This document shows, one piece after another, positions 20,845-29,885 of a stretch of DNA of 64,000 nucleotides. Both the position numbers and the translations under genes were made by a program. The stretch is from an uncultured Rickettsiales bacterium (GTDB lineage Bacteria > Pseudomonadota > Alphaproteobacteria > Micavibrionales > GCA-2720935), in the NCBI GenBank assembly GCA_950054255.1, contig CATLOR010000003.1:121816-185815 (forward strand), read 5' to 3'. Numbering within the stretch: the stretch's first letter is position 1; each line of letters opens with the position of its first letter. Under the pieces are notes generated by a model, which saw only the letters and a list, made by a program, of their open reading frames with translations, searched no databases and had not been told where the DNA came from.

Positions 20845-21378
20845 TTACTGAAAATTAGCAAATACACGTACACTTCCCGTATATGTGCCCTCTAATTGAC
20901 CTGGTTTTATGGATAATGATGCTCCCAATGGAATAAAAGAAGTCCTTTCACCTGCTCCTGGGACAATTGTTGCGTATGGTGCGCCACCGCCATCAACCAT
21001 TAAGTTAAAATCGCGGATTGTAATTGAACTCACCCCGTTTGTTAATTGAGCAACAGTTGATTCCAAACTGATATTAAAAGGGAAATCACCGCTGCGAACA
21101 GAAATACGCCCTAATTGAGGTGTACCACTCGCAGGAGAGATCGAGCCGTTTCCTTCAATAATAAGACTATTACGTTCATAATCGAAATAAACATCGCCAT
21201 AGGCATCATCTGTGATAGCGATTGTTCCGAAATCAAGAGAGGCCGCGACGGTTATGTCAACGGCCTTAATGATTCTTACAGAGATGGGGAGTGTTGCTGT
21301 GCTTGCGCCACCAGCTTTTATTCCTCCCAAACTAGCTAATAAGAGTGGTAAGAGGCCCGAGCAAACAAGCTTAACCAT
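20845..21378 (-). CDS. DUF4402/spore-coat-U-like secreted fimbrial subunit
   Basis: Signal peptide from MVKLVCSGLLPLLLA. Contains the LDFGTI motif and a C-terminal GTYTGSVRVFANFQ. The track ORF extends to 21438. Confidence 0.6.
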   Translation of the reverse strand: MVKLVCSGLLPLLLASLGGIKAGGASTATLPISVRIIKAVDITVAASLDFGTIAITDDAYGDVYFDYERNSLIIEGNGSISPASGTPQLGRISVRSGDFPFNISLESTVAQLTNGVSSITIRDFNLMVDGGGAPYATIVPGAGERTSFIPLGASLSIKPGQLEGTYTGSVRVFANFQ

Positions 21379-21565
21379 ACGGTTATCTTTGTTTTTATTT
21401 TGCTCACAACCATCATTATGTACAGACTTAACCGTCATATACGTTCACACTCTCCTTAACTAAAATTTTTGATACAAGCGGGAGCTAGCGTTAAAAGCCA
21501 TACTTAAGCCCCGCCAATCAGATCACATACAAAGTATGCATCTTTTTAAAATTAGTTATATCTTA

Positions 21566-22099
21566 TTACTGATAGTTTGCAGTTACTGTTACTGAACCAG
21601 TATATGTACCAGCAGCCTGACCTGCACCAACTGTCAATGTACCACCGAGGCGGAACCCTGTAACAGTCGCAGCTGTCAACGATGTTGTAAATGCTGTCGC
21701 GTTAATCGTACCGGCATTTCCATCAACTGTAAATGAACCAACCGCCATTGTTGCTGTACCATTTGATAGAGCCACAGTAGCCGGAGCTGTTACGTCAATC
21801 GCACGACCTGTACTTCCTTTAAGAGTGAAACCACCCGCTTGGATTGTACCGCCAATTGATGTTACCGCACCACCTGGTGTTGGTGAATCAGCATTATCAA
21901 CCGCTAATGTACCACCTGCACCTGATTCAGTTAATGAACCGAAGTTTAATGTACGTGTTTGTGTAATTTGAACTGGATCCAAGACAATCGCTTGAATCGG
22001 TACGCCTGTTGTCGCAGCTTCTACACTGTGTCCCGTGGCGCACATAGCTAGAATCGCAGCCGACCCTAGTAGTACTTTTTTAATTGTTTTATTTTCCAT
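21566..22099 (-). CDS. DUF4402/spore-coat-U-like secreted fimbrial subunit (probable major subunit)
   Basis: Signal peptide, LNFGSL motif, Gly/Thr/Ala-rich body, and C-terminal GTYTGSVTVTANYQ. Confidence 0.6.
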   Translation of the reverse strand: MENKTIKKVLLGSAAILAMCATGHSVEAATTGVPIQAIVLDPVQITQTRTLNFGSLTESGAGGTLAVDNADSPTPGGAVTSIGGTIQAGGFTLKGSTGRAIDVTAPATVALSNGTATMAVGSFTVDGNAGTINATAFTTSLTAATVTGFRLGGTLTVGAGQAAGTYTGSVTVTANYQ

Positions 22100-22170
22100 C
22101 TCTGTATCTCCTTACTAAAACAATAAACGAATGTTATCTATTAACTTAAATGGCATCTTCTGAATTACGA

Positions 22171-22200
22171 ATTGTATAAAGACTATTTGTATAAAGACTA
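22171..22200. repeat. Perfect tandem duplication of the 15-mer TTGTATAAAGACTAT
   Basis: Read directly: 22171-22185 and 22186-22200 are identical. The repeat lies 72-101 bp upstream of the fimbrial subunit start at 22099. Confidence 0.9.
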
Positions 22201-22288
22201 TACCACAGTATCTAATAATAGCGCAAGCAGGTAAAAGAAACGTTAACAGCTTATGTCAAAAATAATAAAAATCAATAGATTATGTACT

Positions 22289-23488
22289 TTAAATAATTTT
22301 TACAATCTCTTGATAGTTATTGATTTTATTTAAAACATTCTTTTTTAATTTTTTTATCGTTTCACATGCAATTCCACTCTGTGCCCCCTCGCAGAGGCGA
22401 TCAAAGTGGCGAAAATACAACAGATTTGTCTCTATAATTTTCGACTCGATGTCATATATATAAGCCAAACACCTCTCCTCACTAAGCGTCGAATCCATTT
22501 GTGTGATAACGAATCCCAATATTCGACGCAAAGAGAGCGGCGCCACTTCACTCGGTATAAACAAATGACTTAATGTTGCATTCTTTTTAACATGGTCAAT
22601 ATACATAGCTGGGAAATAGCGTCCTAAATCTCGATAGCCTTCTGGTATCTCACCCAAAGGGACTGCGACATGATGCGCCTTTAAAGAAACCCGACCGACA
22701 TCTCCCAAATCAAACTCCATAGGAACCGAACATAGAAAAGGAGCTTCTTGGTATAAAAACCCATATTGCATCAATAAATCCAGACCATCAAAATAGCCAT
22801 AGTTTGTACAGATCTCATCCATAGGCTCAAAAGAAGGCAACATACGAACCCCCATATGAGCGCCTCCTTTTTTATTGTATAAATTATCATACCCACTGCC
22901 ATAAGCATCATGGTTCAAGAATTCAATAAAAGGAACAATGCATTTAACGGGTTTCGTACCAATACGCCTATTTAATTTACAATCAATCAGGCGGGACATA
23001 AAAAACGTAATCAGCACCATTTCATCATAAAGCTCTTCATCGCCCCAAACTTTTTGAATAAAGGCTTGGTTCTCATAATCGCGCGCTTTCAATAAATGCT
23101 CAACCAACGGTCTATCCGCATCACCTTTCAATTGACACCAGACCATATCCTTTTTATGAGCGGCGATCTTTCCTGTTTCATTATATAAAGACAGTAAAAG
23201 CTCTATGATTTTATAATTTTGATGATCATAATTCCCTTTAAAGTCATCAAGAACTAGATCATCTCCCTGCAAATCAAACGCAATTTCCTTAAACGGCGTT
23301 AGCGCATTATGAGGGATCTTCATCCAAAAAGGCTTCTCAGCCTTCTGCTTTGCTGTCACAGAAAAATTACCACCCTCTTCTTTTAAAACCAAAGACGGAT
23401 CAAAGTAAGCCCCTCTCTCTTTTAAAAGAGAAACCAACTCATTCAATTTTGTTTCTATATATGTATTGTTTGTTTGTATTTCAAACAT
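22289..23488 (-). CDS. Hypothetical protein, possible SET-domain (LSMT-like) methyltransferase
   Basis: 399 aa. IVPFIEFLNHD resembles the SET (L/I)VPxxDxxNH motif. MDEICTNYGYF resembles the SET GEExxxxYG motif. Confidence 0.35.
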   Translation of the reverse strand: MFEIQTNNTYIETKLNELVSLLKERGAYFDPSLVLKEEGGNFSVTAKQKAEKPFWMKIPHNALTPFKEIAFDLQGDDLVLDDFKGNYDHQNYKIIELLLSLYNETGKIAAHKKDMVWCQLKGDADRPLVEHLLKARDYENQAFIQKVWGDEELYDEMVLITFFMSRLIDCKLNRRIGTKPVKCIVPFIEFLNHDAYGSGYDNLYNKKGGAHMGVRMLPSFEPMDEICTNYGYFDGLDLLMQYGFLYQEAPFLCSVPMEFDLGDVGRVSLKAHHVAVPLGEIPEGYRDLGRYFPAMYIDHVKKNATLSHLFIPSEVAPLSLRRILGFVITQMDSTLSEERCLAYIYDIESKIIETNLLYFRHFDRLCEGAQSGIACETIKKLKKNVLNKINNYQEIVKII

Positions 23489-23627
23489 GAAGATCTGTGT
23501 TTTTTGAGCTTATTGATACTGTTATGTGTGATTTTTACATGAAATGATTGATCAATATATAAATTTATATATGATTATAGATCAATATAATACGTCCACA
23601 CCCAACATACAACCTACTTTATATATC

Positions 23628-26030
23628 ATGTCCACATCTCAAGAAACAGAAGTCACCCTCGAAAAAGCTCTTAACATTGCCTCTGTGCATATGAACCAAC
23701 AAAATTATCGTGTCGCAGAGCTCGTGCTGACCGATATTTTAAAAGCATATCCAGATGAAGAAAACGCGCATTACATGCTTGGGCTTGCTTATTATTTCAT
23801 TGGTGACCTCAATAAAGCCTATACACATTTAGCAACCGCGATCAAAAACGGCCAAGAAACGCCTGCTGAATGGTATTGCAATTACGGCATTATCAGCCAT
23901 CAAGCTGGACATCCTTCTGTTTCTATTGATGCTTTTGACCAAGGGATAAAAGCTGATCCAAGCTATGCGAACAGCTATTGGAACAAATCCCACATCCTGT
24001 GGCTAGAAGAACGCTATCAAGAGGCCGAAGAAGCGGCACGCCAAGGGATCAAAGTCGATGACAGTGTGCCGGAGGCTTGGATCAATTTAGGAACAGCCCT
24101 TGTTAAACAAGATGATCGCAATCAAGAAGCCTTAGAGGCCTGGGAAAAAGCCTTAACTCTTGCTCCTGATATGCCAGAGATTTGGAATAATATGGGGAAT
24201 TTATTACGTGATATGGGGCAATTAGAAGCCGCTATTGAAAAATGTCGCAAAGCACTCGACTTAAACCCTAATTACGCAGAAGCTTTAAGTAACCTTGCCA
24301 ATGCTATGTTTGACCTTGGGGATACTGACGAAGCTGAAGCCACCTATAAACGCGCTATTGACTTAAAGCCCGACTATGTCGAAGCCCACAACAACTTGGC
24401 TATTTGCCACATTTACCAAAGTCGCTTTGATGAAGGGATTAAAGAAGCACGTATTGCTCTTTCATACAACCCAAATCACAGCCAAGCACTTTTAAACTTA
24501 AGTATCTGCTATCGTTCTCTTGGTCAAATTGAAGAAGCCGAGAAAGCTGTGGCTAAAGCTGCCTTAGTCACCCCTGATTCACCAGAAATCCATATTGAAC
24601 TTGCTGACACACTCTTCATGCAAGATCGATACGCCGAAGCTGAGGTGGAATTAGAAAAAGCAAAAGAACTCAAACCAGACTCTCCTCGTGTTTACATTCG
24701 CCTCGCCAACACATATGAGCGCGGCAATAAAATTGAACAAGCCTTAGAGGCCATTGACAAAGCGGTTGAACTTAACCCTGAAATGATGGAGGCCTATTTA
24801 AGAAAAGGCTCTATCTGTCACATTTCCAACAGAATCCCTGAAGCTAAAGAGCATTTTGCAAAAGCACTCGAGAGAAAACCAGACTCTCTCCCTGCCCTTA
24901 TGGCGTTAGCCGACCTTCATCTATCAATTGGTGAGATCGAAGAAGCGAAAGACTATATCGAGAAAGTTAGACAAGTTCCTAACCATGAAACACCTGCGCT
25001 CTTCTATATTATTGGTAAAACAAAAAAATACACATCCATTGATGATCCTGATTTCCAAAAAATGCTTGAGATGGAAGCCCATATTGAACGCAGCGGTATC
25101 GATCAAGCAAGTGTCTTGCACTATGCTCTTTTCGATGCTTACGAAAATATCGGAGATAACGCTAAAGCCTTTGAACATCTCGCCAAAGGAAATGAATATA
25201 AAAGACGCTCAGTCCCTTATGATGCGGAACAGCAAAGTAAAAACTTTGCCAATATCAGAAAAAAATACACAACATCTGTCATCGATAGCTTTAAAGACAA
25301 AGGATGCCAATCCAAAACGCCTATCTTTATCGTTGGAATGCCACGTTCAGGAACAACTTTAACAGAGCAAATCATTTCATCGCATCCTCAAATTCATGGA
25401 GCCGGTGAATTAATGGAACTCAGCATGCTTGATTTCCAATTTGGCCCTATCAATGATCAAAATGCAAAAGACCAAGGCCAATGGTATGTGGACCGCGTTG
25501 AAAAACTCGCCAAAAGCACACCAAACGCTCTTCATGTCAGTGACAAAATGCCTGGAAACTTTTCTCATCTTGGTAAGATTTTATCTATTTTACCAAATGC
25601 AAAAATCATCCATTGTCGCAGAAATCCTATTGATACGTGCCTTTCTTGCTTTAAACAAAATTTCGCCCGCGGACAATATTGGTCTTACAACCTCGAAGAA
25701 CTTGCCGATTACTACAATATGTATCTAGAAATGATGGAGTATTGGCGCGAACAAATTGGTGACCGTTTCATAGAGGTTGATTACGAAGAAACCGTATCAG
25801 ACCTTGAAACTCAAGCGCGTCGGATGATTGATTTTATCGGCTTAGAGTGGGATGAGGCTTGCTTAACACCTCACAAACAAAAACGAGCTATTCTAACAGC
25901 CTCTAAAATGCAGGTTATTAAGCCCGTTTACAAAAGCTCTGTGAAATCATGGCAAAAATATGAGAGCGAATTATCACCTCTCATTGACGGCTTAAGCAAA
26001 GGAAAAGCCAAAGATTTGCTCGATTTATAA
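23628..26030 (+). CDS. TPR-repeat protein with C-terminal sulfotransferase domain
   Basis: A long array of 34-aa TPR units (..AWxNLGxxxxxxGxxxEAxxxxxKALxLxPxxxEA..). The C-terminus has the PAPS-binding loop IVGMPRSGTTLTEQI. I prefer the start at MSTSQ (23628). Confidence 0.75.
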   Translation: MSTSQETEVTLEKALNIASVHMNQQNYRVAELVLTDILKAYPDEENAHYMLGLAYYFIGDLNKAYTHLATAIKNGQETPAEWYCNYGIISHQAGHPSVSIDAFDQGIKADPSYANSYWNKSHILWLEERYQEAEEAARQGIKVDDSVPEAWINLGTALVKQDDRNQEALEAWEKALTLAPDMPEIWNNMGNLLRDMGQLEAAIEKCRKALDLNPNYAEALSNLANAMFDLGDTDEAEATYKRAIDLKPDYVEAHNNLAICHIYQSRFDEGIKEARIALSYNPNHSQALLNLSICYRSLGQIEEAEKAVAKAALVTPDSPEIHIELADTLFMQDRYAEAEVELEKAKELKPDSPRVYIRLANTYERGNKIEQALEAIDKAVELNPEMMEAYLRKGSICHISNRIPEAKEHFAKALERKPDSLPALMALADLHLSIGEIEEAKDYIEKVRQVPNHETPALFYIIGKTKKYTSIDDPDFQKMLEMEAHIERSGIDQASVLHYALFDAYENIGDNAKAFEHLAKGNEYKRRSVPYDAEQQSKNFANIRKKYTTSVIDSFKDKGCQSKTPIFIVGMPRSGTTLTEQIISSHPQIHGAGELMELSMLDFQFGPINDQNAKDQGQWYVDRVEKLAKSTPNALHVSDKMPGNFSHLGKILSILPNAKIIHCRRNPIDTCLSCFKQNFARGQYWSYNLEELADYYNMYLEMMEYWREQIGDRFIEVDYEETVSDLETQARRMIDFIGLEWDEACLTPHKQKRAILTASKMQVIKPVYKSSVKSWQKYESELSPLIDGLSKGKAKDLLDL

Positions 26031-26252
26031 GAAAAGTCGCCTTATTACAAAAATTTAATGCTTCATTTGATCTCCAAATAAAGTTATCAAGAAGGTTATC
26101 CACAAGTGATTTCCTCCTACTCTTATGGCATATCCTTGAGGTTGTTGCGCTTTTCCCCAAATTAAAATGAGATTATTTATTGCCAGAATCACAAAACCCT
26201 GTTTAATATAGAGTTGGGTATTTGTACAAATTCTTTTGATTCGTTAGTTCTA

Positions 26253-27059
26253 ATGAAACTTTATAAATTTTTATCTCTTTTTGCGCCGTTGTTAGTGCTT
26301 GCACTGACCTTGTCCGCCTGTGCCCAAACAGAAATGGATAAAGAGCTCTCTGCCCAGAGCGACCAAATGGTCTCAATGAAGACCCTAATCACCCGAAATG
26401 AAACGAAAATCAAAATCCTAAATGAACGCCTAACCGAGGTGAATGACCGCGTTGTCGCTATGCAGCAACAGCTTGGAAGCCTCAGTAAAGTGCTCTCAAA
26501 AAGAACCACAACGAAGAAATGGAACAAACCCGTATCCACCCCACAACCAACCCCTCAACCAGAAAAGGAGAACATACCATCCACACCACCAAAACCAGCT
26601 GAAGACGCTGCCGCTGCACCTGTTGAGGCCGTTACTAAAGCCCCTATGGCCAAAGAAGATGAGCCGAAACCAACTCCTCAACCTCCTGAAACAGATCAAA
26701 AGACATATACCCCCGGACTTAACGTCGTTCAGGAAATGAGAATAGGACAACATGATGAAAAAACACGTCTTGTGCTCGATTTATCAAAAGGAAGTAATTT
26801 ACTTTATAGCGCTTACGCAGAAACAGATGAGCTCATGATCTTAGAGCTGCCCAAAACTGCATGGGATGCCAAAACGGAGATTACCCTTAAAGATAACCCT
26901 CTTATAAAACGCCTTGAGGCGCACACAGATAAGGAAACAACCTATTTAAATATTTATACAGCAGGTATTGAGATGGGTGTTTGGGTCTTTGACATCCCCG
27001 AAAAAGGACCAAAGAACCCGCGGATTGTTTTGGATTTTTCATTAGCTGACGATGAGTAA
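26253..27059 (+). CDS. Lipoprotein with coiled-coil, Pro-rich linker and C-terminal AMIN-like domain
   Basis: Lipobox LTLSAC after the signal peptide. PQPTPQP-rich linker. MRIGQHDEKTRLVLDLSKG resembles the start of an AMIN domain. Confidence 0.45.
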   Translation: MKLYKFLSLFAPLLVLALTLSACAQTEMDKELSAQSDQMVSMKTLITRNETKIKILNERLTEVNDRVVAMQQQLGSLSKVLSKRTTTKKWNKPVSTPQPTPQPEKENIPSTPPKPAEDAAAAPVEAVTKAPMAKEDEPKPTPQPPETDQKTYTPGLNVVQEMRIGQHDEKTRLVLDLSKGSNLLYSAYAETDELMILELPKTAWDAKTEITLKDNPLIKRLEAHTDKETTYLNIYTAGIEMGVWVFDIPEKGPKNPRIVLDFSLADDE

Positions 27060-27100
27060 TAAAGATAATCAAGATACCCCCCCTTTAATACACATCATTT

Positions 27101-27115
27101 GTTCACTTTTTGTTC
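27101..27115. promoter_or_regulatory. Alphaproteobacterial-type LexA (SOS) box GTTCACTTTTTGTTC
   Basis: GTTC-N7-GTTC direct repeat read in the sequence, 36 bp upstream of the Y-family polymerase ATG. Confidence 0.6.
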
Positions 27116-27150
27116 TTTATTTTTGAGAGGATTTGTGACATATTGCTCTC

Positions 27151-28425
27151 ATGTCACAAATATTTCAACCAGAACCAACTGTAAGATGGCTCTATTTAGA
27201 TTTAAATAGTTTCTTCGCCAGTGTTGAACAACAAGAAAATCCAGCCTACAGAGGCAAGCCACTTGCTGTGCTCCCTTCTTTAACAGACAGGACTTGCGCC
27301 ATTGCCACAAGCTATGAAGCCAAAGCTTACGGCATACACACAGGCACAAAAATTTTTGATGCAAAAAAACTATGCTCAGACCTCATTTGTGTTCCTGCGC
27401 GCCATAACCTCTATGTCGATTACCATCATCGTATTTTTGATGAAATAGAAAACCATATTCATATTGATAAAATATGCTCTATTGATGAGATTGCTTGCCG
27501 TCTAGACAAACCAAAGACAAATGAAATCACTGCTTATGAGTTCGCCCATCATTTAAAATCCATCATTCGTGAAAAAATTGGCGCCTCGTTAACCTGCTCC
27601 ATCGGTATTGCTCAGACACCTCTTTTGGCAAAAATAGCCGCCGAAATGAACAAACCTGATGGGTTGACGCTTTTCTCACCAAAAACATATACAAAACAGT
27701 TATTTGAATTAGACCTTCCTGACCTTCCAGGCATTAATATCAATATGAAACGACGCCTATTCAAGGCGCGCATTTATACCGTCGAACAGCTTTACAACAT
27801 AGCCCCTAAACATGCTCGCCGTATATGGAATAACGTTGCAGGAGAACGCTATTGGTATTCTTTACATGGCTACACAGTTCCAGACACACAAACTCAGAAA
27901 AGCGTCATAGGACACAGCCGTGTCCTTGCCCCTAATCTACGCACACCAGAAAAAGCTTATCTCATAACACGCCAATTGCTCACGAAAGCCGCTAGCCGCT
28001 TAAGACGATATGACCTCTATACAAAACGATTATCTCTCTCAGTCAGACACCCACGAACATATCATTCAAAATGGAAAACAGAATGCTCATTCCCCGCAAC
28101 TGATGATAATTTCGTATTATTAGCCCATCTCGACAATATGTGGAAAAATATGATCCAGCATTTTACGCCTGACACACTCATAAAAGTATCTATTTCTTTA
28201 TCAGACCTATATAGAAAGGAACACATAACATATGATTTATTTGAACAAGCCACCCCAGAAAAACACCTAAAAACAACGACTTTATCTCCCCTTTTAGATG
28301 CTCTAAATGCCCGTTATGGACGCGGTACAATTAGCATTGGGACAACCACACAAACACAAACAGGTTTTGTCGGTACAAAAATTGCCTTTAGTCGTGTCCC
28401 TGAAAGAGAAGAATTCCAAGAATAA
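27151..28425 (+). CDS. Y-family translesion DNA polymerase (UmuC/DinB-like)
   Basis: 424 aa. LDLNSFFASVEQQENPAYRGKPLAV N-terminus and the catalytic SIDE motif (CSIDEIA). Confidence 0.8.
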   Translation: MSQIFQPEPTVRWLYLDLNSFFASVEQQENPAYRGKPLAVLPSLTDRTCAIATSYEAKAYGIHTGTKIFDAKKLCSDLICVPARHNLYVDYHHRIFDEIENHIHIDKICSIDEIACRLDKPKTNEITAYEFAHHLKSIIREKIGASLTCSIGIAQTPLLAKIAAEMNKPDGLTLFSPKTYTKQLFELDLPDLPGININMKRRLFKARIYTVEQLYNIAPKHARRIWNNVAGERYWYSLHGYTVPDTQTQKSVIGHSRVLAPNLRTPEKAYLITRQLLTKAASRLRRYDLYTKRLSLSVRHPRTYHSKWKTECSFPATDDNFVLLAHLDNMWKNMIQHFTPDTLIKVSISLSDLYRKEHITYDLFEQATPEKHLKTTTLSPLLDALNARYGRGTISIGTTTQTQTGFVGTKIAFSRVPEREEFQE

Positions 28426-28574
28426 CCTGCACTCTTCTTTGTTAAAAAAGCTTTTTTATTTTCACTTTGGCTTAAAAATTGCTATAGTGAGAAAGTGTAT
28501 CTTTACACGCAACTCATTAAGTGCTCTCTCTTTCAAGAAATTCACGCACTTAACGTCCTAAAATGATTTAAAAT

Positions 28575-29885
28575 ATGAAGTTTTTTGTTTTTATATGCGC
28601 ATTCACCCTGATGGTTCAGGCTTACACATTTTCTTTTGCAGAAAATGGTACTTTAACATTACAAGAAGCTATTAGGATTGCGCTTGAAAATAACCCTAAT
28701 TACAGCCAAACACTCAACCAAGAAAAGGCATCTGATGCCCGCGTCACACAAGCAAAATCATTTTACCTTCCTTCTGTAAGCCTACAAGCATCGAGTGGCT
28801 ACTCAAATGTTGATACCCCCTTAATCGAAGAAGAAACAACAGACAGTCAAAATATTGCTGTCACAATGACACAAAGACTTTTTGATGGCTTTGAATCAAG
28901 CAATCTAATAGATGAACAAAAAGCGTTAAACACCTCATCAGAAAGACAAGTTGAAAATGTTCAAGAAACGCTTGGTGTCGAGGTTGCTTTTAACTATATC
29001 AATATTTTGCGTTTTAAAGATTTCATGGAGAAGGTAAATGAAAATGTTAAAGTTCATTATGATATCTATGAGAAAATCAAACGCAATGTAGATGCTGGCG
29101 CTCTTACAAAAGCTGATCTGTACCAAGTTGAGGCGCGTTTAAGTCGCGCTAAATCAACGCGAGAAAATATCCGCCGTGATTTAATTGATGCTCAAGCAAC
29201 CTTTAAACGACTAGCTGGGTTTGACGCACAGGGTGTCTTAGAAAAACCTGAATTAGCTGCCTCCATCTTAACTGAAGATTTGAATACATTTATTGATGAC
29301 TCTGTTCAAAACAACCCAAATATTAAAAGCCTTATGGCTGATCGCGATGCGTCTAAATTTTCAATGGATGCTTCATCAGGAAAGTATTATCCGACTGTCG
29401 ATCTTCAACTTCAACGCAGTCAAGGCAAGAACCTAAATGGTATTGAAGGCAGTGAGAAAAGAGATTCAGCGCTCATAACAATGAATTGGGATCTTTATAC
29501 TGGTGGCTCAGATACCGCGCGTGTAAAAGAGAAAACATATCAATATTACGAAGCGCAAGATCGCCTAGAAGCTGGAGTACGTGCTTTAGAAAATGATATC
29601 CGCAGCACATGGGCAACACGTGTAAGTGCAGGATACAGAGCCGAAGAACTCCTTGCTCAAATCGATGCCAATGACAAGGTCGTACAGGCTTATCAAGATC
29701 AATTCAAATTATCAAGACGAACACTCATTGATGTTTTAGACGCACAAAACGAGCTTTTTGTTTCCAAAATCAATTACGTAGATGCTGTCTATTCTGCACT
29801 CTTCTCATCTTTAAGATTATTACAGTTTCGTGGCTCTTTGCTACATGACATAGGGGTTTATGATGCCAATCGATCAGGAGAATAA
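28575..29885 (+). CDS. TolC-family outer-membrane efflux/secretion protein
   Basis: 436 aa. Signal peptide and two repeated coiled-coil/beta halves. First gene of the T1SS operon, overlapping the ABC gene by 26 nt. Confidence 0.8.
   Translation: MKFFVFICAFTLMVQAYTFSFAENGTLTLQEAIRIALENNPNYSQTLNQEKASDARVTQAKSFYLPSVSLQASSGYSNVDTPLIEEETTDSQNIAVTMTQRLFDGFESSNLIDEQKALNTSSERQVENVQETLGVEVAFNYINILRFKDFMEKVNENVKVHYDIYEKIKRNVDAGALTKADLYQVEARLSRAKSTRENIRRDLIDAQATFKRLAGFDAQGVLEKPELAASILTEDLNTFIDDSVQNNPNIKSLMADRDASKFSMDASSGKYYPTVDLQLQRSQGKNLNGIEGSEKRDSALITMNWDLYTGGSDTARVKEKTYQYYEAQDRLEAGVRALENDIRSTWATRVSAGYRAEELLAQIDANDKVVQAYQDQFKLSRRTLIDVLDAQNELFVSKINYVDAVYSALFSSLRLLQFRGSLLHDIGVYDANRSGE

Noticed and set aside
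26096-26104. Perfect DnaA-box 9-mer TTATCCACA in the intergenic region after the sulfotransferase gene.
   Set aside because: It is a single copy with no cluster of boxes, no AT-rich unwinding element pattern, and no dnaA, hemE or parAB context. One match to a 9-mer in 64 kb over both strands is not far from chance expectation.
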